A DNA stretch of 64,000 nucleotides from an uncultured Bacteroidales bacterium (GCA_963787195.1 CAWBCI010000042.1:18990-82989), one strand, 5' to 3'; positions 1 through 10,025 are shown, numbered from the stretch's first letter. Made by a program: numbers and translations. Notes: generated by a model from the sequence alone, not told the origin.

Positions 1-456
1 GGAAGTATGCAGGAATATGGCGGGATCATAATTCATGGGGCTAAACTCATGTATGCCTATGGGGAAGCTACCATACCAAAAATCACAATTACTTTGCGGA
101 AATCTTATGGTGGGGCCCACGATGTTATGAGTTCAAAACAGCTTAGGGGAGATATCAATTATGCCTGGCCATCGGCTGAGATTGCCGTTATGGGACCGGC
201 AGGCGCTATTGAAATACTCGAAGGGAAAGCCTTAAAATCGCTGCAAACAGAAGAAGAAAAAACGGATTTCGTGGCCCTGAAGGAAAGGGAATATCGTGAA
301 CGTTTCGCGAATCCTTACGAAGCTGCCCGTTATGGTTATATCGACGATGTGATCGAGCCACGAAATACCCGCTTCCGCATTATCCGGGCTTTGAGGACCC
401 TGGCAACCAAAAAGGATAGCAATCCTCCGAAAAAACACGGGAATATCCCTCTTTAA
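1..456 (+). CDS. Acyl-CoA carboxyltransferase (methylmalonyl-CoA decarboxylase alpha / propionyl-CoA carboxylase beta-like), C-terminal fragment; 5' end outside window
   Basis: Frame is open from base 1. Carboxyltransferase C-terminal sequence ([27 protein letters not shown]). Followed in one operon by OadG-like, biotinyl-carrier and OadB-like genes. Confidence 0.8.
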   Translation, partial: GSMQEYGGIIIHGAKLMYAYGEATIPKITITLRKSYGGAHDVMSSKQLRGDINYAWPSAEIAVMGPAGAIEILEGKALKSLQTEEEKTDFVALKEREYRERFANPYEAARYGYIDDVIEPRNTRFRIIRALRTLATKKDSNPPKKHGNIPL

Positions 457-486
457 TCATTATCATCATTCATAAACCATAAAAAT

Positions 487-828
487 ATGAATACAAACTG
501 GTCGGAAATTATGGGAGATGGATTGATCATCACCGTAGTCGGATATGTGATCGTCTTCACGTCCCTTGTTATACTCTACCTGGCATTTACATGGATTGCA
601 AAGCTTATGAATCTTTATGTACGTAAAAGACTGGAGAGAGAAGGAAAGCCGGTATTAAAAAACGGCAAGACGCTTATGGTCCCCGGAGATGAAGGAGCCG
701 CTATTGCAATGGCGCTTTATCTGTACAATGAACTTCATGATGAAGAAAGCACAATTCTGACCATCGACAGAGTTTCAAAAATTTATTCCCCCTGGAGCTC
801 TAAAATTTATAACCTCCGAAATTTTTAA
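487..828 (+). CDS. OadG-like small membrane subunit of the Na+-translocating decarboxylase
   Basis: 113 aa with a single N-terminal TM helix (LIITVVGYVIVFTSLVILYLAF). Conserved position between the carboxyltransferase and the biotin carrier. Confidence 0.6.
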   Translation: MNTNWSEIMGDGLIITVVGYVIVFTSLVILYLAFTWIAKLMNLYVRKRLEREGKPVLKNGKTLMVPGDEGAAIAMALYLYNELHDEESTILTIDRVSKIYSPWSSKIYNLRNF

Positions 829-857
829 TAAAAATCAAAACATAGCCAATCAAGCTC

Positions 858-1280
858 ATGAAATCATTCAAATTCATCATAAAGGGTCATGATTACGATG
901 TCGAAATCAAGAATTTTGACAATAACCTGGCCGAGATAGAAGTGAATGGCACACTTTACCAGGTTGAAGTCCAAAGGGAGCAGAAAACAACCAAGACGCC
1001 CATACTTGTAAGATCGGACCAACCGGCGCCAAGGAGCGCTCATAAATTCAAGAAGAAGATCGGGGCGCATTACGATGTGAAAGCCCCGCTGCCGGGGAAT
1101 ATTATGCAGCTCTTTGTGAAGGAAGGGGATGAAGTGAAAAAAGGCGATAAGCTCCTGATGTATGAAGCCATGAAAATGGAAAATATCCTCACGGCTGAAA
1201 AGGATGGTACCATTGCAAAAATTCGGGTTGCTGCGGGCAACAATGTTTTGCAGGGTGATTTGTTAATGGAAATAGCATAG
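858..1280 (+). CDS. Biotin carboxyl carrier subunit (biotinyl/lipoyl domain)
   Basis: 140 aa; C-terminal biotinylation motif EAMKMEN. Confidence 0.85.
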   Translation: MKSFKFIIKGHDYDVEIKNFDNNLAEIEVNGTLYQVEVQREQKTTKTPILVRSDQPAPRSAHKFKKKIGAHYDVKAPLPGNIMQLFVKEGDEVKKGDKLLMYEAMKMENILTAEKDGTIAKIRVAAGNNVLQGDLLMEIA

Positions 1281-1283
1281 CGT

Positions 1284-2633
1284 ATGACCCGGAAATCAGC
1301 TTTAACATTATTTGCGATCCTTGCGATCATTGCATTCGTTCAACTTGCTTTCAGAAGCCCTGAGGATAGCCTTCAGAATACAAAAGCAGGGAATACCGAA
1401 CAGATCAGTAATAGCCCGGACCATTCTTCCCTGATCAACAAAGAAGAAGGCAAGGCTATTCAGGGCATTAAGAAATTTTTAAACTATACAGGTTTTGCCA
1501 ACGCGACTCCCGGAAATCTGGTTATGATCTTCATAGGCTTGGTCTTCATTTTTCTGGCCATAAAATATGAATACGAACCGCTTTTATTGATTCCTATCGG
1601 AACCGGCATCATCATTGGAAATATACCATTTTTGCAGGCTCCGGGGATTAATCTTCAGATTGGTGTTTATCAACCCGGTAGCGTGTTGAATTACTTGTAC
1701 ATGGGGGTCACAAAAGGGATTTACCCGCCTTTGATTTTCCTGGGAATCGGTGCCATGACGGATTTCTCTTCATTGATTTCCAACCCTCGTTTAATGTTAT
1801 TGGGAGCTGCTGCCCAGGTAGGTATTTTTGCCACATTCATGGGAGCGCTTTTCCTGGGATTCAATTTACCTGAAGCAGCTTCTATAGGAATAATCGGGGG
1901 TGCCGATGGTCCCACGGCTATCTTCCTTTCATCCAAACTTGCCAATGGCGGACTTGTAAACGGGGTGCAAACTATGAATTTGATAGGTCCTATTGCTATC
2001 GCGGCCTATTCATACATGGCCCTGGTTCCGGTGATACAGCCTCCCATAATGCGCCTGCTGACTTCCAAAAAGGAAAGAAAGATCCGGATGAAACAGCCCA
2101 GGACTGTGTCCCGTTTTGAAAAGATTATGTTTCCTATAGTCGGCCTGATCCTGACTACTTTCATATCTCCGGGAGCCCTTCCATTGCTGGGCATGTTGTT
2201 TTTTGGCAATATCCTGAAGGAGAGTGGCGTTACCCGGCGTTTGGCCGATACGGCAAGAACCTCGTTGATAGACATAGTCGTGATTATCCTGGGCGTAACG
2301 GTTGGGGCATCCACACAGGCCGATATTTTTATCACAAAGCAATCACTCCTGATATTCGTATTAGGAGCCCTTTCATTCATGGTTGCCACTGCAGGTGGCG
2401 TTATATTTGCCAAGGTGATGAATTTGTTTCTGTCGGAAGAAAACCGTATCAATCCGCTTATCGGTGCAGCAGGAGTATCTGCCGTTCCCGACAGTGCCAG
2501 GGTAGTACAGTTAGAAGGACTGAAATCAGATCCGACAAATCACCTGCTGATGCATGCCATGGCGCCTAATGTAGCCGGGGTTATAGGTTCGGCCGTTGCC
2601 GCCGGTATACTCCTGAGCTTCCTTTTCATGTAA
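1284..2633 (+). CDS. Na+-transporting (methylmalonyl-CoA/oxaloacetate) decarboxylase beta subunit
   Basis: 449-aa polytopic membrane protein with OadB/MmdB-type sequence (IGIIGGADGPTAIF, GAAGVSAVPDSAR). The first ~70 aa look like a non-conserved extension, so the true start may be internal. Confidence 0.85.
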   Translation: MTRKSALTLFAILAIIAFVQLAFRSPEDSLQNTKAGNTEQISNSPDHSSLINKEEGKAIQGIKKFLNYTGFANATPGNLVMIFIGLVFIFLAIKYEYEPLLLIPIGTGIIIGNIPFLQAPGINLQIGVYQPGSVLNYLYMGVTKGIYPPLIFLGIGAMTDFSSLISNPRLMLLGAAAQVGIFATFMGALFLGFNLPEAASIGIIGGADGPTAIFLSSKLANGGLVNGVQTMNLIGPIAIAAYSYMALVPVIQPPIMRLLTSKKERKIRMKQPRTVSRFEKIMFPIVGLILTTFISPGALPLLGMLFFGNILKESGVTRRLADTARTSLIDIVVIILGVTVGASTQADIFITKQSLLIFVLGALSFMVATAGGVIFAKVMNLFLSEENRINPLIGAAGVSAVPDSARVVQLEGLKSDPTNHLLMHAMAPNVAGVIGSAVAAGILLSFLFM

Positions 2634-2684
2634 ACAGAATACCATCGCTAATTTTAAGTATAAAGGGGTGATATAAACTTTTGC

Positions 2685-2692
2685 TAACTTTG
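2685..2692 (+). promoter_or_regulatory. Candidate Bacteroidota sigma-A -7 box (TAACTTTG)
   Basis: Matches TAnnTTTG, 35 nt upstream of the ATG at 2727. Confidence 0.45.
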
Positions 2693-2726
2693 CCTCCCTT
2701 GATTCAACTTTATTTCTTTTCAGACG

Positions 2727-4403
2727 ATGAAACAGGAAGGCAAAATCAAACACGCGAGGCAAAAGAGTAAAGAACTCCTTAGCGGACAGGAGAAAAGCAA
2801 AATCCGGAACCGGATATTTATTATCCTGGGGATTATCCTTCTTGGAACATTTCTTATATATATTCCTGCTCTTAAAAACACGATACTCTATGGGTGGGAT
2901 GATGGTATATATACGGAAGACAGTTTTATCCGGATGCTTTCCTGGGCCAGCATTTCCCATTTCTTCTCAAATTATTACCTGGGGATGTACCAGCCTCTTG
3001 CTTTACTTTCGATGGCCCTGAATGACGGGGCAGGAAAGAGCAGCGTTAATTATCTGCATTTCACCAATATACTTCTTCATCTTATAAATATTGTCCTGGC
3101 ATTTTACTTTATATACCTGCTCACCGGTAATCTGAACATTGCTACAGTGGTAGCCCTGCTCTTCGGAATACACCCGATGGAAGTGGAAGCCGTAGCCTGG
3201 ATCGCCGCCCGAAGTACTCTTTTATTCACTTCATTCTACCTCTTGGCTTTATTATTTTACCTGCGATCATTCAAGCATAAAAAATACATTAATCTTTTTT
3301 TGACTTTCTTGTTTTTCCTCCTTTCAGCTTTCTCTAAATCCATGGCAGTTACGTTTCCTATGGTTTTAATTTTGCTGGATTATTATAAAGGAAGAAAAAT
3401 AGACCGGAAGCTTGTCCTTGAAAAGATCCCATTTTTTGCCGTTTCAATAATTTTCGGGATTATTTCAATTAAGGCCGCTGAAAATTACAGTCATATTACG
3501 AGTCTTTCTGCCGATTACAATATTATCGACCGTATTTTTCTTTTGAGCTATGGGCTGGTATTTTATATTTTTAAACTGATCATTCCGCTTAAATTATCTG
3601 CTATTTATGCCTATCCTGAAAAAGTGAACTCCTTCCTGCCCTGGGAATATTACGGATCATTCATTCTTCTCGTATCATTCATATTATTAATAATTAAGGC
3701 CAAGAAAAACAGAAAAGACTTGATTTTTGGTTCAATGTTTTTCGTCTTAACTATCAGTATCGTGCTGCCATTTTATTGGTCCCGGATTTTTATAGCAGCT
3801 GAACGATATTCTTATCTGACCTATATCGGTTTATATTTTATTATTGGAGTGTATTTAGCCCGGCTTATTGAAGGAAAGCGATTGATTATCAGAAAAATAA
3901 AACCATACCTTTTGGGACTTGCGGGGATATTATTTGTTTTTTATGCAATTACAACAAACAGAAGAACAAAAGTATGGAAAGACACTAAGCTATTACTTAC
4001 CAATATAATAGATCAGCGGAGTTCAGGGCCGACTCTTTCGGCAGCATATTTTTACCGCGGAAATTACCATGATATGTTGGATGAGTTTGACAGTGCACTG
4101 ACCGATTATAATAGAGCCATCGAGATCAACCCAAATTATGTGCTGGCCTATAATAACCGGGGGATAATTAAAGGAGTGAATAAGGATTATGAAGCTGCGA
4201 TTGCTGATTTTACCAAAGCTATAGCCTTAAAGCCTGATTATCCTGATCCATATTATAACAGGGGATTGTCATATCTGCAACTTCAGGAAATGGATAAAGC
4301 CTGCAGCGACTGGAAGAAATCGGCTTCACTCGGATCTTCACAAGCTCAGAAATTCATCGATCAATACTGCCGGAATACCTATGAACAGAATCAGACGCCT
4401 TAA
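2727..4403 (+). CDS. Polytopic membrane protein with C-terminal TPR repeats (GT39/ArnT-like architecture)
   Basis: 558 aa. About 10 hydrophobic helices, then three or four TPR units (YFYRGNYHDMLDEFDSALTDYNRAIEINPNY..., AYNNRGIIKG..., PYYNRGLSY...). Confidence 0.65.
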   Translation: MKQEGKIKHARQKSKELLSGQEKSKIRNRIFIILGIILLGTFLIYIPALKNTILYGWDDGIYTEDSFIRMLSWASISHFFSNYYLGMYQPLALLSMALNDGAGKSSVNYLHFTNILLHLINIVLAFYFIYLLTGNLNIATVVALLFGIHPMEVEAVAWIAARSTLLFTSFYLLALLFYLRSFKHKKYINLFLTFLFFLLSAFSKSMAVTFPMVLILLDYYKGRKIDRKLVLEKIPFFAVSIIFGIISIKAAENYSHITSLSADYNIIDRIFLLSYGLVFYIFKLIIPLKLSAIYAYPEKVNSFLPWEYYGSFILLVSFILLIIKAKKNRKDLIFGSMFFVLTISIVLPFYWSRIFIAAERYSYLTYIGLYFIIGVYLARLIEGKRLIIRKIKPYLLGLAGILFVFYAITTNRRTKVWKDTKLLLTNIIDQRSSGPTLSAAYFYRGNYHDMLDEFDSALTDYNRAIEINPNYVLAYNNRGIIKGVNKDYEAAIADFTKAIALKPDYPDPYYNRGLSYLQLQEMDKACSDWKKSASLGSSQAQKFIDQYCRNTYEQNQTP

Positions 4404-4543
4404 TCAATGAGACTCAATTTTTTCAAGCGAAGCGAAGAAAAAATTGTTAGTCGAATTGATCCCGAAAAGACGAAGTCTTATTCGGGATCTGATGGGACTA
4501 AATTCCCCGTCTCTTGTGACGAATAAGAGATATTTCCTTAAGA

Positions 4544-4578
4544 TACCCCGCTGCTTGCGGCGGGGTAGTTTATTTTTT
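4544..4578 (+). terminator. Rho-independent terminator candidate
   Basis: Hairpin TACCCCGC-TGCTTGCG-GCGGGGTA followed by a T-rich run (GTTTATTTTTT), downstream of the TPR gene. Confidence 0.5.
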
Positions 4579-4700
4579 AAATTGAGGAAAGGTATTCAGA
4601 ACATTTTCCTTTTATCAGGTGTTTAGTTTATATTTACATGAGCATATGGCATGCTTAAGATGTTTTGCTTTATTTATATTTTATTCATAATATTTTAGGA

Positions 4701-5517
4701 ATGAAAAGAAATTTCCTTTTGATCTTAGTGATATTAATGCCTGTATTATTTACGCTGGAAGGATGCAAGAAAGATAATAATAACTCGCCTGTAATCAACA
4801 TCTTCAGCCTTCAGGATGACATTGACCTGGGAATGCAGCTGGATGCCCAGATAAAATCGGACCCGGCGGATTATCCTACTTTTAAGTTCACAGCAATATC
4901 CTGTTCAATATCAATATCTTGAAGGCTTACGAGATTCTATTCTGAATACCGGCCTGGTTGATCATGATGTCGATTTCACATGGCAGGTTCATATTATTAA
5001 AAATGATACGGTATTGAATGCTTTTGCAACCCCGGGGGGCTATATGTATTTTTATACAGGTCTGATTAAATTTTTGGATAATGAAGCGGAACTGGGTGGC
5101 GTGATGGGGCACGAGATGACACATGCCGCCAAACGCCATTCCACCAATCAGCTTACTAAAGTTTATGGTTTGCAGTTGCTGATTTCAATTGTTCTTGGTC
5201 AGAACCCGAATATGCTGGCCCAGATGGCAGCCGATATAGCTTCCGGATTGGCGGCTCTTGCTTTTAGCCGTGACCATGAATACCAGGCAGATGAATATTC
5301 GGTAAAATACCTTTATCAAACTTCTTATGACGCAAGGGGAGTGGCCGGATTTTTTGAAAAACTCGACAGCCAGTCTAACCCGCCTGAATTCCTGAGTACA
5401 CATCCCAATCCGGGGAACCGGGTTGAAAAGATTAATGAAATCTGGCAGAGCCTGGGTGGCAAAACCGGGAATGTTTATCAGGAAAGATACACTCAATTCA
5501 AAAATACCCTGCCTTAA
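4701..5517 (+). CDS. M48 family zinc metallopeptidase lipoprotein, reading frame broken near 4878
   Basis: Lipoprotein signal MKRNFLLILVILMPVLFTLEGC starting at ATG 4701. HExxH motif (GHEMTHAAKRH). The N-terminal piece (frame 0, stop at 4922) continues without a stop in frame 1 from about 4861 (..LLSSQQYPVQYQYLEGLRDSIL..), implying a 1-nt indel. Confidence 0.75.
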
Positions 5518-5550
5518 TTCAATTCTCTTCATTAAATAAGCTATTTGTCA

Positions 5551-5558
5551 TACTTTTG
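5551..5558 (+). promoter_or_regulatory. Candidate -7 box (TACTTTTG) for glyQS
   Basis: Matches TAnnTTTG only 5 nt before ATG 5563. This suggests a leaderless or very short-leader mRNA and argues against the upstream TTG at 5545. Confidence 0.4.
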
Positions 5559-5562
5559 CGCC

Positions 5563-7090
5563 ATGGCAAACAACGAAGAAATTTTTAAAAAGATCATATC
5601 CCATTCGAAAGAATACGGGTTTGTATTTCCATCCAGTGAAATCTATGACGGGCTTAGTGCAGTCTATGATTACGGGCAATACGGAGTGGAATTAAAGAAC
5701 AACATCAAGAGCTATTGGTGGAAATCTATGGTTCAGTATCATGATAACATCATGGGGCTGGACTCGGCTATATTCATGCATCCGACCGTTTGGAAAGCTT
5801 CCGGGCATGTGGATGCATTCAATGATCCGCTGATCGATAACCGGGACTCTAAAAAACGCTACCGTGCTGATGTGCTGGTGGAGGATTATATTGCTAAGAT
5901 TGAAGGCAAAATAAATCAGGAGGTCGAAAAAGCCCGGAAACGTTTTGGGGATACTTTTGATGAAAAGATGTACCTGGCCACCAACGAACGGATATTGGCA
6001 AATCAGAAAAAGATTGATGATGCCCGGAGCCGGATGGTGGAGGTGATGGAAAAGAATGACCTGGCCGGGTTTAAGCAACTCATTGTCGATCTCGAGATAG
6101 TTGACCCGATTTCAGGTTCCCGCAACTGGACAGATGTAAGGCAGTTTAACCTGATGTTTGCCACTCAGATGGGCTCCCTTTCAGAGGATTCCAATGTTAT
6201 TTACCTTCGTCCGGAAACTGCCCAGGGAATATTCATCAATTTCCTGAACGTTTTAAGGACCAGCCGTATGAAAGTTCCTTTCGGGATTGCCCAGATAGGA
6301 AAAGCTTTCCGGAATGAGATCGTGGCCAGGCAGTTCATTTTCCGTATGAGGGAGTTTGAACAGATGGAAATGCAGTATTTCGTCCGTCCGGGAGAGGAGA
6401 TGAAATGGTTTAATTACTGGAAAGAACAGCGCATGAACTGGCATTTGGGCATGGGCATTCCTGAAAGCAAATATCGCTTTCACGCGCATGATAAACTGGC
6501 TCATTACGCCAATGCTGCTTTTGATATAGAATTTGATTTTCCTTTCGGATTTAAGGAATTGGAAGGGATACATTCGCGCACTGATTTTGACCTGGGTGCC
6601 CATCAGAAATTCTCCGGAAAAAAACTCCAGTATTTTGATCCGGACCTGAATGAAAGTTATGTTCCTTATGTAGTCGAAACTTCAATCGGGCTTGACCGGA
6701 CTTTCCTGGCTGTTTTAAGCTATGCTTATACTGAAGAGAAACTGGAAGACGGATCTGAACGGGTTGTGCTTGAAGATACCTCCATTTCTTTCTCCCGTAA
6801 AAGCGGCTGTATTGCCTCTCATCAAGAAAGACGGGTTACCTGAGAAGGCAATGGAGATTTTTGATTCTTTAAAATCCGAATTTATGTGCCAGTATGACGA
6901 CAAGGATTCTATCGGTCGTCGTTACCGCCGTCAGGATGCTATCGGAACTCCTTATTGCATTACGGTTGATCATCAGACACTTGAAGACAATACGGTAACT
7001 ATTCGGGAACGGGACACGATGAAACAGGACCGGATTGAAATTTCTAAGGTTAGGACGGTCATAGAAGATCGCTTACGGCAGAGGATTTAG
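5563..7090 (+). CDS. glyQS: Glycine--tRNA ligase (class II, homodimeric type), frame broken near 6771
   Basis: Strong GlyRS sequence in both ORF pieces (5545..6843 and 6722..7090). The junction reads ..DGSERVVL | KIPPFLSPVKAAVLPL.., requiring a +1 shift at about 6770-6773. Confidence 0.85.
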
Positions 7091-7160
7091 ATACTTTTTT
7101 CCTTGAGGAGCGCTGGTATTTTAATAGCAATTTAGGACTGCAAAAAAGGTCTTTTTTTTT

Positions 7161-7202
7161 AAAAACTCGTACCCCGACTATAGTCGGGGTACGAGTTTTT
7201 TT
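7161..7202. terminator. Bidirectional terminator: perfect 30-nt palindrome flanked by A5 and T7
   Basis: AAAAA-CTCGTACCCCGACTA|TAGTCGGGGTACGAG-TTTTTTT lies between convergent glyQS and pth. An identical palindrome occurs at 9991-10020. Confidence 0.6.
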
Positions 7203-7343
7203 AATCAACACCAGATCAATAATATACAGAAGCAAAATTAGCTACTATTGTAGACATAGACAATCAGCTCAAAAAATAGTTTTTCAAGTAAAAAAGGCGG
7301 AAAAAAAATTGAAAAGAAAAATCGGAATAATAAGAGATTCAGA

Positions 7344-7937
7344 TCAGTTGTCAATGGCAGCATCCTCCTGGTCAGCCTTCTTGTTGTAAGTCGTCATGGT
7401 GAGTTGGGGCCCGGCCTGGATAAAGGATTTGATCATTTCAACAGCCTTGTCAACACGTGGAATTAGAATTTTTTCTTCTGAACCTGACCACTTGCCGAGG
7501 ACATAATCGATCTGGTAGCCTTTTGCAAATTCATTTCCAATACCAAACCTGAGCCGGGAAAATTCGTTAGTTCCCAGAATTTCAATAATACTTGATAGTC
7601 CATTATGACCACCGTCTCCGCCCTTAGTTTTCAAACGAAGCTGGCCCAGTGGAAGGGCAATATCATCATTAATTACAAGGAGATTTTCAAGTGGGATATT
7701 TTCTTCTTTCAACCAATAGCGGATTGCCTTACCACTCAGGTTCATGAAGGTGCTTGGTTTGATAAGGATGAGTTGTTTTCCCCGGAATTTCATCCTGGCA
7801 AGACTTGCGTACCTTCCCGCTTCGAAGTTCACACCTGCATTTTGCGCGAGGGCATCGAGTACGATAAAACCGATATTATGCCGGGTATTGGCATACTCTT
7901 GTCCAATATTTCCAAGTCCTGCTATTAGGTATTTCAA
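7344..7937 (-). CDS. pth: Peptidyl-tRNA hydrolase
   Basis: N-terminus (M)KYLIAGLGNIGQEY..TRHNIGF is typical Pth. The start codon is TTG at 7937. Confidence 0.9.
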   Translation of the reverse strand: MKYLIAGLGNIGQEYANTRHNIGFIVLDALAQNAGVNFEAGRYASLARMKFRGKQLILIKPSTFMNLSGKAIRYWLKEENIPLENLLVINDDIALPLGQLRLKTKGGDGGHNGLSSIIEILGTNEFSRLRFGIGNEFAKGYQIDYVLGKWSGSEEKILIPRVDKAVEMIKSFIQAGPQLTMTTYNKKADQEDAAIDN

Positions 7938-7954
7938 GTGAATGGAATTTATTG

Positions 7955-7962
7955 CAAAATTA
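7955..7962 (-). promoter_or_regulatory. Candidate -7 box (TAATTTTG) for pth
   Basis: Reverse complement matches TAnnTTTG, 18 nt upstream of the pth start. Confidence 0.45.
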
Positions 7963-8059
7963 AAAAAGAAACCGGATACCTGATCGCGTTCTTATTTCGG
8001 CGATGGTATCCGGTTTATTGTAGATTCTCAATTTGAAAACCTTAAAGATCAGGAATAGT

Positions 8060-8656
8060 TTATTCTTCGGTACTCTCGTCTTCAGTCTCAGTGGTAGTAG
8101 TGGTAGAAGCTGCCAAACGTGTTGATTTGATTCCGATCACAAAGCGTTCGTCTTTTTCCAGGATTTTAAATTTATTCTGGGCGATATCCCTGACATGAAT
8201 GGTGTCATTTAAATCGAGACTATTAATATCGACTATAATGGATTCCGGCATATCGGCGGGCAAAGCGCGGACTGTCAACCTTCTGAATTTTTTTACAACC
8301 TGACCACCTTTGAGGATGCCGGGGGCATTCCCCACAAGCCTCAGCGGAATACTTGTTGTGATATAAGTTTTCTCATCAAATTCAAGAAAATCAGCATGCA
8401 GGACCTGGTCACTGACAGGATGATATTGTATATCCTTAATCACGCAATCATGGTCCTTGCCATCGATATTCATTTTGATGAAGTAAGCTTCAGGGGTAAA
8501 GATGATTTTACTGAGGATTTTATCTTCCACAACAAAGTGGAGTTCCTCTTTTCCACCATACATTACGCAGGGTACACGCCCTTCGCTACGGTGTTTTTTA
8601 GCATCTTTTTTCCCTACGCCCTCACGAAGAGAGCCGCTCATAGATACTGTTTTCAT
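8060..8656 (-). CDS. rplY: 50S ribosomal protein L25 / general stress protein Ctc
   Basis: 198 aa; L25/Ctc two-domain sequence with an acidic T/E-rich tail; conserved pth-rplY-prs neighbourhood. Confidence 0.9.
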   Translation of the reverse strand: MKTVSMSGSLREGVGKKDAKKHRSEGRVPCVMYGGKEELHFVVEDKILSKIIFTPEAYFIKMNIDGKDHDCVIKDIQYHPVSDQVLHADFLEFDEKTYITTSIPLRLVGNAPGILKGGQVVKKFRRLTVRALPADMPESIIVDINSLDLNDTIHVRDIAQNKFKILEKDERFVIGIKSTRLAASTTTTTETEDESTEE

Positions 8657-8743
8657 AATTAAAAAAATTAAAAATTAATATTAATTTCAGGCAAGTTTTG
8701 CCATTAAACTCGCGAAGATAATACAATCCCCGCAATGCTTTTT

Positions 8744-9700
8744 CTATTTATCGCTCTTGTCAAATTTGAACAAAGAACTGATTGATTCATAATTCTCAAC
8801 CCGCTTAATTACTTCAGCAAACAGGTCGGCTGTTGAAAGAACTGTAATTTTTTTGTTTTGAACCTTCAGCGGGATAGTATCGGTAACCACCACTTCCGCT
8901 AAAGGGGATTTATCAATCCTTTCGTATGCTTTTCCTGAGAAAATCGGGTGGGTACAAAATGCCCTGACACTATTGGCCCCTTTTTCCATCATCAGATCGG
9001 CTGCCTTGGTAATAGAGCCTGCAGTATCAATAATATCATCTACAAGAATTATATCACGGCCTTTAACTTCCCCAACGAGTGCCATCTTTTCAACTTCATT
9101 TGGTTTGGCACGTTGCTTATAATTAATTACAAAATCGGTATTCAGGACCTTTGCATAGGAAGCGGCCCTGCGTGTTCCTCCTGTATCAGGTGAAGCCATC
9201 GTTATGTTCGGAAGATTCAGGGAGCGGATATAGGGAATAAAGATGGATGATGCATAAAGGTGATCCACTGGAACATCGAAAAATCCCTGGATCTGGTCGG
9301 CATGCAGATCGATGGTAATTACTCTTTGCACCCCGGAGGCTGTAAGTAAATTCGCTAATAATTTTGATGCAATGGTGACCCTCGGGCGGTCTTTTCGGTC
9401 CTGCCTTGCAAATCCGAAATACGGAATCACGGCCACTATATTTTTAGCTGATGCCCGCCGGGCTGCATCGACCATCATTAACAGTTCAAGAATATTGTCA
9501 GCCGGGGAGAATGTTGATTGTACTATGAAAACGTGACGCCCCCGGATATTTTCTTCAAACGAAGGTTGGAATTCGCCGTCAGAGAATTCAGTAACGAGGG
9601 TTTTCCCCAATTCAAAACCATAACTACTGGCTATTTTTTCAGCAAGATAATGAGTTGCTCTGCCGGCAAAAATGCTGACCATTTTTTCATCGTATGACAT
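8744..9700 (-). CDS. prs: Ribose-phosphate pyrophosphokinase
   Basis: 318 aa; PRPP synthetase motifs (DLHADQIQGFF, ILVDDIIDTAGS). Confidence 0.9.
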   Translation of the reverse strand: MSYDEKMVSIFAGRATHYLAEKIASSYGFELGKTLVTEFSDGEFQPSFEENIRGRHVFIVQSTFSPADNILELLMMVDAARRASAKNIVAVIPYFGFARQDRKDRPRVTIASKLLANLLTASGVQRVITIDLHADQIQGFFDVPVDHLYASSIFIPYIRSLNLPNITMASPDTGGTRRAASYAKVLNTDFVINYKQRAKPNEVEKMALVGEVKGRDIILVDDIIDTAGSITKAADLMMEKGANSVRAFCTHPIFSGKAYERIDKSPLAEVVVTDTIPLKVQNKKITVLSTADLFAEVIKRVENYESISSLFKFDKSDK

Positions 9701-9731
9701 AAATATCAGGTATTAAGGGGCTTTTGGGCTG

Positions 9732-9739
9732 CAAAATTA
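9732..9739 (-). promoter_or_regulatory. Candidate -7 box (TAATTTTG) for prs
   Basis: Reverse complement matches TAnnTTTG, 32 nt upstream of ATG 9700. Confidence 0.45.
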
Positions 9740-9781
9740 AGATAATATGTGAAACCCTGCAAATTAAATTAGGCCTTATAC

Positions 9782-9810
9782 AAAAAAACCTGCGCCAAGC
9801 GCAGGTTTTT
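9782..9810. terminator. Bidirectional terminator hairpin
   Basis: A7-CCTGCGC-CAA-GCGCAGG-T5, immediately 3' of tRNA-Leu. Confidence 0.55.
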
Positions 9811-9811
9811 G

Positions 9812-9895
9812 TACCCGGAGCCGGGATCGAACCGGCACGGGAATTACCCCACTGGTTTTTGAGACCAGCGCGTCTACCAGTTCCGCCATCCGGGC
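9812..9895 (-). tRNA. tRNA-Leu (anticodon CAA), long variable arm
   Basis: Manual fold of the reverse complement GCCCGGATGGCGGAACTGGTAGACGCGCTGGTCTCAAAAACCAGTGGGGTAATTCCCGTGCCGGTTCGATCCCGGCTCCGGGTA. It has a 7-bp acceptor stem, anticodon stem CTGGT/ACCAG with loop CTCAAAA, a T loop TTCGATC and a class II variable arm. Confidence 0.9.
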
Positions 9896-9912
9896 ATGGA
9901 ATTAATAGTCTG

Positions 9913-9920
9913 CAAAAGTA
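9913..9920 (-). promoter_or_regulatory. Candidate -7 box (TACTTTTG) for tRNA-Leu
   Basis: Reverse complement matches TAnnTTTG, 18 nt upstream of the tRNA 5' end. Confidence 0.45.
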
Positions 9921-9986
9921 GGGAAAATTTAAGATACTGGGGCATTAAAAACCGAATATTTGAGTGCCTGGGCAGGCCTGATAAGA

Positions 9987-10025
9987 GAAAACTCGTACCC
10001 CGACTATAGTCGGGGTACGAGTTTT
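9987..10025. terminator. Second copy of the 30-nt palindromic terminator
   Basis: The palindrome at 9991-10020 (CTCGTACCCCGACTATAGTCGGGGTACGAG) is identical to 7166-7195. It is flanked by A and T runs and lies 3' of the KAS III-like gene. Confidence 0.55.

Noticed and set aside
1284-1500. The ~70-aa N-terminal extension of the decarboxylase beta subunit as a novel fused domain.
   Set aside because: The extension is low-complexity (S/N/E-rich after one hydrophobic helix). It is most simply linker sequence or an over-extended start call. I see nothing structured in it.
4444-4626. 60-aa ORF between the TPR gene and the M48 peptidase.
   Set aside because: It starts with TTG and spans three hairpins, including the likely terminator of the upstream gene. 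The composition is basic and low-complexity, so it is most likely spurious.
6765-6780. Programmed ribosomal frameshifting in glyQS, and likewise in glnS at 23965.
   Set aside because: I see no slippery heptamer, no stimulatory structure and no precedent for these genes. Similar indels are scattered through unrelated genes in the window, so sequence error is the better explanation.
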